A stretch of DNA of 64,000 nt from Lepidodermella squamata. Its lineage: Eukaryota > Animalia > Gastrotricha. The stretch lies in assembly GCA_047495785.1 (NCBI GenBank), contig JBLDXI010000045.1:372001-436000 (forward strand), in the 5' to 3' direction. The notes below the pieces were generated by a model. It saw nothing but the letters and a program-made list of their open reading frames with translations. It did no database searches and was not told the origin of the DNA. Shown here piece after piece: positions 27,137 through 39,765 of this stretch (the first letter of the stretch is position 1; each line of letters begins with the position of its first letter). The position numbers were made by a program, and so were the translations under genes.

Positions 27137-27833
27137 TATATTAATTGGAATGCATTCTAAAAACATAAATGCGACAACTACTAATCAATCGCCGGTGCCG
27201 AACGATGCAACGGCGAAGTCTCGACCGTCATTCAACTTTTCTACTTCTGACAATTTTAGCAGTTTCCTCTAATTCAACGACCTTGTAGTAATAAACAGAA
27301 GTGCTGCCATGAGCTGTGGCATAGAACTGTTGCTTATAAACATTAAACATTATTGAACAATTTATCAATATTAGGAACAGTGTATCTTTCAAAAGAACCA
27401 GATTGAGGAAATCTCTAAAAACTCAATAAAATCGCCTCTTCTTGGCGTTGACGCAATTCAACGATCTACACAATTTTACTTGCCAGTCATTTTTCGAAGT
27501 CACGCGCAATTTCGAAACAACAATGTATTTCTGTCGACGCTGCAACTTGCTTGCTACCGGTAAGTCTTGAAATACTAAACTACAACTAATGTGGTTATGG
27601 TTGAAATGTTCAATGTTCAGTTTTCAATTTTCAATGTTAATTTTACAAATTGTGAGAAAATGTATATGTCTGGGGCATATTCAATAAAACGTTCATTCAT
27701 TCATTGCTGCCGGTAAGATTTGCGACAATTGCAACGTCGTAAGTCGAACCCAAGGCCGCAGGTAAGCTATCTAAGGTAAGCCTTATTCAAAAATTCTTAT
27801 AACTGTTCTCACGATACATTTCTCAGGAATTTC

Positions 27834-28340
27834 ATGGACGATAAAGACCAGAAATCCATTTCCATCATTAAAAAGCTGTGGAACTCCTGCCAGGTCATGA
27901 TCTGCTATTTTCGTGATTTACAAAGCATCCTCCGTTTTTTTGCTAACTACCGCATCGAAGTGTCACAGTCCAAGTGATGAAGACAAGCGACTGAGAAGGC
28001 GGATCATAATGCTAAGCTAATAAAGTGTGACCTCATCACAGCCAGCGGGCACGGCGTTAGCGGCAACGTTTTGCAGCAAAACACACGACTCGCAGACATC
28101 TTCACAGATGATCCGCTGCATGGCAACGTTGTTGAATCGCTGAAACGCTACCGTAAAAATCCAACTGCGAATCAAGACGGTTCGCATGACCTTGCAAAAA
28201 TTTGCTCTGCTCAATAGGACAAGCTGTCCGAAGCCTTGTCTTCACAGTACACGACGCTTTCGGCTACTATTCAAAGGCTTACAGGAGTGAGTTCGCACGC
28301 CGACCGACGACGAAGAAACAGGCCCTTCAGCGATGGGTAA
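27834..28340 (+). pseudogene. Unidentified decayed ORF between FRY and OXSM
   Basis: Acceptor TTCTCAG then ATG (MDDKDQKSISIIKKLW...). One frame runs ~165 codons, interrupted only by TGA-TGA and one TAG. No recognisable family. Confidence 0.3.
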
Positions 28341-29949
28341 CCCAAACGACGAATCCACGCGGCATACGACCAATAGCGTTTCTAATAAATTAGCAAGCTG
28401 AACCGAAAAACGGAAGCAACGGATTTCAATTCCATCATCAGCATCATCCAAACGACAGGCAGAAATAGTCACCTATTGCCGGTAATCGCAGCATTACTCA
28501 TATTTTGATAATACTATGAATCAGTCAGTTGCATCAACCAAGGAAACTGCAGATAAGTCAGAGGTAATCTCGTTTCTCGTTTCTCGTAATTTGTTTCCTC
28601 AATTCCTTGGCTCACCTCAATTTTGATTTGACAGAGAGTCAACGATGCAGATTCACAATCCGTTTTTCAGGTTAACAAGGAGGTAAAAAGGTGCAAAACC
28701 TAACATTTTTGCCTATTAACAATTTCCATGTACAATGAAGCATCTAAAGCTGTACTTTGCCCGAACGCGCTACCTGCGCAGCCTTCAGCATCTTCATCGA
28801 CTGCATTCCCAGTGGCGAGCGGGATGCCCGAGGTTTCAAACCAGCTGTTTCCGGTCGTATCTGAACATCAATTCGAGCAGACAGAAATTCGTTAAGTTGT
28901 TGTCAGTGTGCTACCAAGCGGGGGATGGAGGGTCGTCTACAATCCGAACGACGAAGTGCAGGAAGCGATTCGTCTTTGCATCTTTGAGTGCAAAAATCGC
29001 AGTGTTAATATAAATAATTTAGCGTCCATTTTAGCGACGAATTTGTGCAGCAGATTTAAATTCATGATTCTGATCTACCGTTCGCACCACTGAACGAGTG
29101 CTGCATGCCGTGGGGGTATCCCGGAATACCCGAGAAACTAAAAAAGACTGATAATATTGTCAAAGTTCACTTTTAGAATCAATGAATCTGGTCCAACTCA
29201 ACTTCTACTCTCTTGCCCTGCCCTTCATACGTTGAATAAAAAGTCGATAGCTGTGGGCTGTGATGCAACAGGGCCACAAGGCCAAAAAAGACCAAACAAG
29301 GCCAAACAGGGGCAATGGCCGAAACCGCGCAACTTCTCGGCTGGTCCAATCCACTCTCCACAGCTTCTTTAGCAACACTTCGTCACTCTTCCCTCACATA
29401 AAGACGCGCGCATTTGGTCAGCTGACATTGCAAAATTATTAAAATAAAATTTATAAATAAGATTTTTAAAGTTAAACTGTATATGTAAAAATAAAGGTGA
29501 GGAAAGTGCGCCGATTAATTTTCAAAAATTTCAGCCGATTTCAGCCGATGCGATGCGCAGTAAACCGCCGAGTTTCCGCGACCATCTCGCCGCCGATTTT
29601 GAACTCGACCTATCGCACCAAGATTGGGCTTACACGACTGAAGGCTGACCTCGTGCTCTCGCGCTGCAATACATTATTGACTTAACTTTTGCAACGTTGT
29701 TCTCAGTCAGAACTCCTTAAACAACTTATCATGCATTTTCCGAATTTCGACCGCTGTTTATCAGTTGACGCATATTCAAATGTTCGCCTGTTCTTTGATC
29801 CCTTGAGTAGCATCGTAGATCCAAGGTGCCGACAATGTTTGCCATGAATATACCGACACCCGCATTTGTTACTTCCCTGAAATTCATGTTCGTTTTATAT
29901 AGTTCAGTTGCCATTCTTGAGATAGAATAGAAAATTTAAAGTTGGCTAA

Positions 29950-31275
29950 ATGGCAATCGTTGGAAGGCGAGTAGTTATTACTGGAATGGGGACGGTTTCC
30001 CCGTTGGGATGCACGTTATCCTCGTTCTGGACCAAGTTACTTTCAGGCGAATGTGGCATCGTCAGCCTAGTCGAGCCTAGCTATGAGGGCCTGCCTTCCC
30101 GAGTGGCAGGAAAAGTTGACGAGAAAGCACTTGGTCTCAAATCTGCAGATTTTAATAAAAATTCGCGTGCTTCAGTATTTGCCCTAGATGCTGCAGAGCA
30201 AGCATTGATAGATGCAAACTTCTCTCCTCAGAATCTTAATGACACATCTAACATTGGGGTGACGCTTGGCGTGGGAATGGTTGATCTCGCTGACGTCTAT
30301 AATCAGTGGGATTTGTATTCAAAGAAGGGCTACAATAAGGTTTCGCCATGGTTTATTCCTAAGGTATTGCCCAATCATGCCGCCGGAGTTTTGGCATTAA
30401 AATACAAAATAAACGGCCTCGTGCACTGCATTTCAACTGCTTGTGCTACCGGCGCTCATGCTATTGGAGATGCCTTTCGTCTCATCAAATCCGGTGAAAT
30501 CGATGCCGTTCTGGTTGGAGCAACTGACTCGAGTGTAAACCCGTTGACCGTGGCAGGATTCAGCCGTATGCGCGCTTTGTCAACCGAATGTAACGACAAT
30601 CCTACCAAGGCGTCTTGCCCCTTCGACGCGAAGCGCCATGGCTTTGTGCTATCGGAGGGGGCAGCTGTAATGCTACTGGAGTCTGAAAGTCATGCTTTGT
30701 CTAGAAAAGCTCCTAAAATATATGCTGAAGTAGTTGGGTACGGCTTCAGCTCGGATGCACATCACATATCTGCCCCACCCCCAGATGGCAAAGGAGCTAT
30801 AACAGCTATGAAGAATGCGATGAAAATGGCAAGTATCAATCATGAAAGCGTTGGCTATTTATCGGCTCATGCAACCAGCACACCACTGGGTGACGCTGCC
30901 GAAGCAGCTGCAATTTGCTCAACATTTCCTACTTCATTACCTTACGTTTCCTCTATAAAGGGGGCAGTTGGTATGTAAAAACGATTTGCACTGTGACAAA
31001 TATTAAGTTCAGTTTCGCCAGGTCACTTGTTAGGAGCTGCAGGCGCAATAGAATCTGTTGCTTCCGTTCTTGCCATACACCATCAAAAGATACCTGGAAC
31101 AACCGGGTTGAAAACTGTAGATACCAATCTCCCGGGTAAATTTGTTGAGAGACTGCTCGTCCATGGCGCGGTTAAAGACTTCCCCAAAAGTTCGGATGGC
31201 CGTAGAATAGCCGTGAAAAACTCATTCGGTTTTTACGGAGCCAACGCTTCTGTCTGTTTTGCTGAATATCGATAA
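29950..31275 (+). CDS. OXSM: 3-oxoacyl-[ACP] synthase, mitochondrial type (FabF-like), 424 aa; exons 29950-30970, 31022-31275
   Basis: RRVVITGMG, STACATG (catalytic Cys), HATSTPLGD and GHLLGAAG (two His), KNSFGF. One 51-nt GT-AG intron. Confidence 0.95.
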
Positions 31276-31337
31276 TATTTTTAATACATTTGTATCCTTG
31301 AATATGATTAATAGGGCTTTAAATTTTCTGATTTGGG

Positions 31338-34300
31338 ATGGATTCTTCCGAGGCGCCTCAGGGAGACGCCGAAACAAGTGCTCAACAAAATGATCAGATG
31401 GAAGTTTCGACTCATTCATTGCCAGAGACAAAAGAAAGCGGCCGCATTTCGGCAACTGGGAAAGTCACGGGCCGCTCTTCTTACCTGCCTCCTACTGTAT
31501 CTGAATACAATCGAGGTGACGTCGTCTGGGCTCATGTTCCTTGCTACCCGTGGTGGCCGGCGATTATTGCTGAGGACCCGAAAGACGGTCAATTTGCTCA
31601 AATGATGCCTTCCAAAGGCGGAAAACATCAAGGGATGATTCAACATTATCATGTGTTGTTCTTCGGTCCTTCGCCCGAGCATAACTGGGTTAGCATCCGC
31701 CACTTGATGCCGTACACAACACGCGCTGATTACGAGAAGTACTATGAAGACTTGAAACAGCGAGCAGCTAAGAGCTCATCCGAGAAAAAATTCTTTCAAT
31801 CAATCAAAATCAAGCCTAATCAGTTGCCGCATTGGGAAACGGCGATTCGTGAAGCTGACGAGGCTATCGACGAGCCATCAGTGGATGACCGATTAGAGCA
31901 ATGGATCACCGCGTTTTTCGACAAGGCCGAGCGTCGAGCCGCTTCGAAAACTCCGAAAAAGCCGGCTAATCCTGAAGAAGGCGGCGATGCAGCTGCCAAG
32001 TCTGCGGCTAAACGCAAGCGCCAAACTGTTTCGCCGAAGAAAAAAGCTGAAGAGGAAGCGGTTGAAGAATCGCCGCCAGAGCCCGTGAAAAATGAACCGT
32101 TGCCTGTCGCAGCTCCAGCTGTACCACCAAAGCCATTCAAACGGCCGAAAAAGAAGACGCCGTTACCCCCGAGCAGTGTAGCTGATGAAGATTTGATTGC
32201 CATGGCTCAGTTACCTGTTGATCCTCTGCCGGAAAATGACCCGGAAACTCAGCCAGAAGGGGCTTTCCATGCTTTCACCCAGCTTCATCTGCGGTCAGTT
32301 GCTACGAGGTACCCTACTCAGAGCTACGGTCAATTGAAGACCTTACTCTACAACATTTGGACGAAAATGACGTTGAACGAAAAGCGGAAGTGTTTGATGT
32401 CTCCTTCTGAGAAACCAGTTGAGCCCGAGAAACCAACGAAGGGCAAAAAGGATAAAGAGAAGGAAAAGGAGATTGTTGTAGTGGACGAACTCGAAGCCGG
32501 TAAACCACCTCTACCTGCTCCTTTACCACCCCCAGTTGAAGAATACAAGGAGAATTTGGGAAATTATCAGCTTGAAAGTAATTTGAAACTCTTGAAAAAA
32601 TTGAACTTAGCTAATCAAGACTTTTAGTTTATCGCTTGACAAACATTTGGGCTCTTCGGAACCAGCCAGTCTGCGGTGTTTGCGAGAAGCCTGGCGCTGA
32701 ATTAGCGCCCGAAAATACCAACGGATCATCCGGTCCGCTTGGTTCTCCTCCTCCCCCGCCGAATCCTAATGCTCAAGACGATGATTTCGTCCCATGCACT
32801 GGTCAATGTTGCCGTCATTTCCACAAACGCTGCTTGGTTAAGATGTACGAATTCTTCGGATTACCGGCCTTCGCTCCCGCAGCAAATACTGTAATATTTT
32901 CAATTATCATTTTGAAACAAACTGATTCAATCTTTTTATTTCCAGGCGATAATGTGCGCTGAATGCAATTCTGGTCGAAGGACTTGTTTTTCATGCAAAA
33001 AGCAGGATTTATCTCAAAACACTGAGAACAGCGCTGATGAAATGACCGAAGAAGATAAGCAAGTCATCATGTGTTCGGTGAAAGGTTGCGGCAGATACTA
33101 CCACCGTATCTGCGCCAACAAAATGCGCCTATCCCGGTTCGAAAACAACACATTCACCTGCCCTCAGCACGCCTGTGCGACTTGTGCTGCAGCTGTTGAA
33201 GATCCGACTAGCGCCGAATCGTCCCGGAATGGAAAAATGTTCCGCTGTGTTCGTTGCCCCGCCGCTTATCACGTCGGCGATTTTTGCATTGCCGCTGGTA
33301 CCCAAGTTCTCGGATTAGGGCCGAATATTGTCTGCGGCGATCATTTAGAACCAACCGCGGCTTTGGCGATGCTATCATCCGGGAATGTCGCCGCTAGAAC
33401 TGCGGCTGTTTCTAAGCCGATGAATGTTACGTGGTGCTTCACCTGCGGGAAATCAGGTCCGCATGCCGATGACAAGCAGGAACAACAGGCAGAATCGAAC
33501 CAGGCGCCAGATCAGCCGCAGAGACCGCCGGAGAAGCCGTTGATTTGCTGTGCGTCATGCCCGGCCGCCTATCACAGACGCTGCCTACCAGCCGCCCAGG
33601 CCGCGTCATCGGACCAGCGTTTCACCTGTGTCGATTGCAACGCTGGTAAACGGCCGTTATACGGCGACATTGTCTGGGTCAAAATCGGCCATTATCGCTG
33701 GTGGCCGTGCGAGATTTACCACCCGGAAAATCTGCCGCCTAATATTCGGAAAATTAAACACGGCACGGGTGAATTTGCAGTGCGGTTTTTCGGAACTGGC
33801 GAGTTTTTCTGGATCGGCCGAGGGCGTTGTTTCCATTTTCAACACGGCGACACGTCTTCCGCTCCTACTAGTGGCCATGGCGGTCTCGCTCGGTCGTACA
33901 ACATTTCGATTGTTGAGGCTACTACGGCCTTTGAAGAATGGACGCGTTTTAAGGAGCGACAAATGGGAACCCAACGAGAACGTGCAAACTGCAAACCGGT
34001 TCCATTCAAATACATTAAGGTAAATATTCTTGTTATTTGGGTCAACGCTAACTTTTTTGCCTTGCGATTTTGAACTATTTTCTGAAATTGCTGAATTTTG
34101 ATGAAATACGTTGCTAAGTGGGGCTTTTTCGTGGAAAGGCCAAATTATGGCTCAAATAATGTTTATTAGCTCTGTTCTGAATGGGACGGGCAGAAAATTT
34201 CTGAGAGTCTTACTTTAAGGGGGAATTTTTTTAATATTGACTCGCCCAAAATGTATTGTCATTATGTTCGAGGATTTCATGAGCAATTATGAAAATTCAA

Positions 34301-36027
34301 AAAAGTCAATTTTGTCTAAGCCCTCATCGTTAATATCGTTAATGGCGATCGAGATTTTTATTTCAAAAATTTGGTTCCACTACTAATATTATGAATTTAT
34401 AGTCTGGAAATTCTCTCGATACGATTCAATATAAAAACTTGTCTTAATCTTTTTAGTCCAATTACCCGATTGGCGATGTGGAAATTCCTCGAGTTGATCT
34501 CTCCGAACTTCCGAAATGCGACTGTGATATCAACCAAGCCAACCCGTGCGGATCTGATATCGAATGCGTCAACCGCATGACTTACATCGAATGCCATCCT
34601 CAAGTCTGCAACGCCGGCGATCAATGCTGCAACCAGCGATTCGTTAAACGTCTCTACGCCCCTGCCGAGCCTTTCCGAACGGCGTCTCGAGGCTGGGGTC
34701 TTCGCGCGTTGGCCCCGATTAAACGCGGCCAGTTCGTAGTTGAATATGTCGGCGATTTGATCGACGAGCCTGAGCACATGCGACGCGTTGAGGAGGCGAA
34801 AAAGACGGGCGAGACGAATTTCTACTTCCTGATGCTGGACGGCCATCGAATCATCGACGCCGGGCCAAAAGGAAATTTATCCCGCTTCATGAACCATTCG
34901 TGCCAGCCGTCTTGCGAGACGCAAAAATGGCAGGTCAACGGCGATTTGCGGGTCGGCCTCTTCGCGTTACGGGACATCGCTGCTGGGGAAGAGTTGACTT
35001 TCAACTACAACTGTGATGAAAGCAATGGTGATGCTATGCTGCTAGATAAGCAGCCGTGCCGTTGCGGGGCCCCGGATTGTCGGGGTTTGATCGGAGCCGC
35101 GAAGCCGTCTGAGTCCAGAAACACCAAGGCGAAGGAGGGGAAGACGAAATTAGGCCGGCGACAGCGCCAATCGCAGCAGTTGGCCGTTTTCCGTGACCAG
35201 CATGACGACGAGTGTTTCCACTGCGGTGAACCGGGTCGGTTGGTTCTATGTGACAAGCCACGCTGCCCGAAAGCGTACCATGTCGGCTGTTTGGGCCAGG
35301 AAAAACCGCCGAGTGGACGCTTTGTCTGCCCGTGGCATTACTGCTCAGCTTGCTGGAAGCCTTCGGTCCAAATGTGCAATTTCTGCCCTCACTCTGTAAG
35401 TTTTATTCGCTAATGTTTTTATTAACTATCCTATCGGAATATTTGTACCGCTAAAATTAGGGTTCCACTTGTAAAATTGAGAGTCCTGGAAATTAATTTT
35501 TCCGATTTCGACTTACTCGTTTTTTGATCGCTACTCGTGCCCTAAGGTATGTAGAAGAATTATCGATGCTAGGTTTCCAGAGGGTTGATTTCGGAAAAAT
35601 CACTGATTTGTAAAATCGATACTTGGAATCGATATCGGCGCTGGAGTAATATTGAGATCTATCGGTTAGGCCTGATCTAACAAAATGAGATTTTTGTGAA
35701 GACTTGAAACTCGAGAAGCCATATTTTGGGGAAATATGATGCTAGAGTCTCAATTTTAGCGTTGGAACCCTAAAATTAGGGTGTGCACTTGGCCCATCCT
35801 ATGTTAAACACATTATTTCGTTGAAATTTGTGGATTTATTTTATTATAATTTATTCTCATTTTAGTATTGCACTGAGCATGCGAAACCTGAGAAAATCGT
35901 TGAACGAATGTCGGCAAATGATGGCCCGATGTGGTGTTGCACCGGCCATGATCCTAAAGAGCTGAACGAAGCACTCGGCTTCTCAGCATCTGGCGCTCCG
36001 TTGCCCGAAGAAAAAACGGCTGCTTGA
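31338..36027 (+). CDS. NSD: NSD-family H3K36 methyltransferase, ~1225 aa; exons 31338-32577, 32628-32890, 32946-34019, 34457-35395, 35866-36027
   Basis: PWWP1 (YPWWPA), HMG-box-like segment, several PHD fingers, PWWP2 (YRWWPC), AWS, SET (IIDAGPKGNLSRFMNHSC, EELTFNY), post-SET (CRCGAPDCRG), PHD-C5HCH. Confidence 0.95.
35457..35773. mobile_element. MITE in NSD last intron
   Basis: Termini TTAGGGTTCCACTTGTAAAATTGAGAG ... TCTCAATTTTAGCGTTGGAACCCTAA are inverted. The internal core AAAATCACTGATTTGTAAAATCGATACTTGGAATCGATATCGGC recurs at ~42808 and, reversed, at ~49152. Confidence 0.75.
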
Positions 36028-36320
36028 AGAAAAAAGGAAATCTTTCAAATTTTAAACAGCAAAAGGCTCATTCCATGCGAATCTCTCTTATTGCTCTGTG
36101 TTTCATCTTGTTTTCACGAATTACCGGTGTTCAGTCGTGATTTCGATTTTGCCTGCCTGCCTGCCATTTGTAAAATGGATCGGTTTTTGTTTTAGCACTA
36201 ACGGTGACCAATCATTCATCTTTCATTTTTCGTCTTCTTTCGAGAATACACCACTAATTTTAGCTCTTTTTATTTACAGTTTTCGTTATTTTATTTTAGA
36301 AATATCTTACTTGAAAAATA

Positions 36321-37946
36321 ATGTCATTTATTAGCACAACAAATCCGACAAAGAGGATAGATTGCCGCACCGCGATGCTTGCGGCCTATGCCCCGGATGG
36401 TGGTCTACTTTTACCGGCGGAGATTCCCAAAATTGAACGGGATGAACTGAGAGAAATGGCTAAGCTTTCCTATACCGCGTTACTAGCTAATCTAATGTCA
36501 CGATTTCTTGACCCAAAATTATTCGAAAAATCAGATTTGGAGAAAATTTTCGCCGATATTCCTCAAATGTTTGCCGTGAAAGACGAAATAATCCCTGTGA
36601 AGCATATCGAAGTAAATAGCAATGGATTAAAAATCGCTGTTGCTGAATTATATCACGGCCCTAGCCTTGCGTTTAAAGACCTAGCAACCATTCCAGCCTG
36701 TCGCGTGATGGACGCAGTTTTGTCAAAAACTGAAGACGAAAACTTGCCAAAACGAGCGCTGGTTGTTGTTTCGACCTCGGGCGATACCGGCGCGAGTGTC
36801 TGTGGGGCTGTTAATGGCACTAAGCGGTTAGACGCTGTTATCCTATTGCCAGGGTCAGGGCGGGTAGCTCGAATCCAAGAGCGGCAAACAATCACCTGGC
36901 CGGGGGATAATGTCCACGTTTTCACCGGCGACGCTAGTAGTGATGATTTGGACATTCTGGCCGGTCGAATGCAGGACGGTTCGCCGTTGTGTGATCGAAT
37001 TCTGCTAGAAGTTGCTAAGAAGAACGGTTTCATTCTCACGAGTTTGAACTCGTTGAATCCCATTCGAATCCTAGCGCAATTAGCGCCGTATTTCTACGTT
37101 TATTTCAAAATGTGCCCCGAGGCTGATCGCAAAGTTTGTTTTGCCCTGCCGACTGGTGGCGGCGGTAACCTAGCCGCTGGTCTACTAGCTCGCCGAATGG
37201 GCCTACCTATCGAATTTATTGTTGCATTGAATGCGAATGCGTCTATTCCGAATTTGAGTGAATTTGTTGCGAAGTCTGGTAAAGATTTGTATGACGTACC
37301 AGCGGCGATTCGAACTCTGGCTCCAGCTATGGATATGGGTATTCCTTACAATTTGCCAAGAATTGCCCACCTTACTGCTGACCACTCTTTAGGTTCGAAT
37401 TTTTTTAAATTTTTTATTAATTTTATTATTTATTAAAATTATATTATTTATTAATCATTTTTTTTTAATTTTCCAGTCAATTTGAGTGCTGACCCTTCGA
37501 CTGGACTTCAAAAGCTGAAAATAAACCCGCAAACCCTGGGAAAAGTTCAAAATTCGTTGTTCAGTGTCCAAGCTGCCTCTGACTCTGAAATTATTCAAAC
37601 AATGCAAACTGTTGCTTCGAAAAATTCTGGCTATGTGATTTGCCCTCATACCGCAACTGCTGTTTCGGCATGTGCCAAAGTTTTCGGAGATGACAAATTA
37701 TCCAAAGAATTTGCAGGAATCGTTGCAGTTGCCACTGCTTCTCCGGATAAATTTATCGAAGCGTTGGATAAATCTGGGTTGAATGATTCTTACAGCGGGG
37801 CTCGTGATTTGATAGCTAAACTTGATTCGATGCCTGTTCGAGCTCATTTTCTCGAAAAGGGCACTCAGAATCAAGTGCCTTATGACAAATGGTTTGAGGC
37901 AATCAGTCAACACGTGACAACGTCAATATTCACAAAATCGTTGTAA
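36321..37946 (+). CDS. THNSL2: Threonine synthase-like 2 (PLP enzyme), 513 aa; exons 36321-37392, 37477-37946
   Basis: APDGGLLLP, ELYHGPSLAFKDL (PLP Lys), STSGDTG, NSLNPIRILAQ, PTGGGGN, TLAPAMD, CPHTATA, ATASPDKF. Confidence 0.9.
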
Positions 37947-38048
37947 ACAATACGGTGCTACTTAAAGTCAAATCTATCTTCTAATCATCAATTATTTATT
38001 GATAATTTTATTTGATTAAATTTCGATTGAATCGATAGGATTTTGAAA

Positions 38049-38864
38049 ATGTTGAGTGTGTTGTTGCTCCCATCGTTATTTTTGGGATGCCTGGCTGCTA
38101 CTGCAAATCGCGTTGATATCGAACACTCGATTGATGGCGAAAAATACTCGATTCGAGGCCATTTAGCCCTTCATTCTAACCTTCGAGAATCCCCATCAAA
38201 AGGCCTAGTAGTCGTCGATGACTTCGACTCACTGCCTGAGGCTATCCAAAATTTCGAGGTAAATTCGTATTTCGAATAATCGATCAATTTTTACGCGATT
38301 GAATTTTAGAGTGGCTCCGGTTACCGGGTTAGAATTCCGGTTATTCGAGTCGCATCTGGGGAGCTGCAATCTGGCGGCAATTTGCAGGGTCATATCGATG
38401 CATTCCTGCCGATGTCTTACCTAAAAGCCGCCTGCTTCGCGCATGAACTTCATTTATATATCGACCAGCTCGGAACAGCCTACGGTCTTTCAATTCTGCC
38501 ACTGACATGTGCCAACAGTACTCTATCGACAAATCTTAAGGTGTTTCAAACAGAATCTGCTACTGGGTATATTATTTTGAGAATTCTTTCTCATTCAATT
38601 ATTTTTTGATTTTTTTTCAGACCGGATACTAAAGCTTTTATTCAGAAAATTGAAGAAGAAAGAGCTCGCAAAGCGAGGCAACCTGTTGATAACAGATCTT
38701 TCCTCCAAAAATACGTGAGTTCAAATAATGATTCATTTAATTAAAAATTTGTCTTAATTTTTGCTATTTTCCAGTGGGTGTATATTGTGGTCGGTTTATT
38801 TGCGTTCACGTTGCTCAACGGTGCCAGTCAACAGGGCGGTGGGGGCGAAGGCCAAGCTCAATAG
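38049..38864 (+). CDS. EMC10: ER membrane protein complex subunit 10, 216 aa; exons 38049-38258, 38310-38566, 38621-38714, 38775-38864
   Basis: Signal peptide, YRVRI, GPDTKAFIQKIEEE...DNRSFLQKYWVYI followed by a TM helix and Gly-rich tail. Confidence 0.9.
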
Positions 38865-39369
38865 GTCGGCCTATACACGTGAAGCATGTGGTGTCAGTTC
38901 TAGTTCAAATCAAGTGTCCCTGTTTGTATCGAATAATCGTATTATTATTGTTATTATTTCGTTAAAATACTGAAATAATTTGAAATGTTCGGCGAAATAA
39001 AGAGGAAATAAAGTACTTCAAATTGTGGAAAATTGGCGATGTTTTACGGGGATGGTGTGGGGGTGACGACATAATTGATGTCTCGAAACTGGGGGTTTTC
39101 AGCTCGAATAATGCGTGGAGATTTTTTTTGCCTCCGCGGTCACCTTTATTATTAATAGCTACAATGATTAATGCGTCATGCGACTACTGATTTCGAGTTT
39201 ATTTTTGCAATTAACAGAATATTGTTTGTTCTCGAGATTATAAAGGAGGCTTCCGGCGGGTAGCTGGCAGGAAATATGATTTGATTATAAAAAAGTCGAG
39301 ACAAAAAATTGCTTCAATTATTTTCATTCCTTCAATTCGTACAATATATTCTTGAGCAGAAATCTCAAA

Positions 39370-39710
39370 ATGCAGGCTTGCCTAACTTTCGCAATCTTGG
39401 CACTGGTGTTAGGAACGATTGATGCGGCTGAGAATAACGACAAAAGCGCTATGGAATACCTCAGTGCGTTAATTTTTAACCTAATTAACGTGAAAATTTA
39501 TACGTTTTTCTAGGCCGATTGATCGATGAGCTAATCGAAAAGGACGATCTGGAGACATTGGAACGCATCGAAGTCGCAATTCAGCGCGAATTGGACAGTC
39601 GGCGAATGGAGCGATGCGTGTCTCTTATTGGCTCGCAAACAGCGTGTGAAAATATGATGGCTATTAAAATTCTCTCGCAGATCAACAAAGAAGACAATCA
39701 TAGCAATTAA
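39370..39710 (+). CDS. Small secreted prepropeptide (96 aa), putative neuropeptide/hormone precursor; exons 39370-39463, 39514-39710
   Basis: MQACLTFAILALVLGTIDA signal peptide, acidic helical spacer, dibasic RR, then MERCVSLIGSQTACENMMAIKILSQINKEDNHSN with 2 Cys. 50-nt GT-AG intron keeps frame. TATAAA at ~39240. Confidence 0.75.
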
Positions 39711-39765
39711 TATTTATTTACTTCAGTAGCGATGAGATGGCAAGAGAATAAAATTCCTGCGTTAT

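Noticed and set aside
29950-37946. Horizontal transfer of OXSM or THNSL2 from bacteria
   Set aside because: Both are standard animal genes, here with host-type introns and eukaryotic-type motifs.
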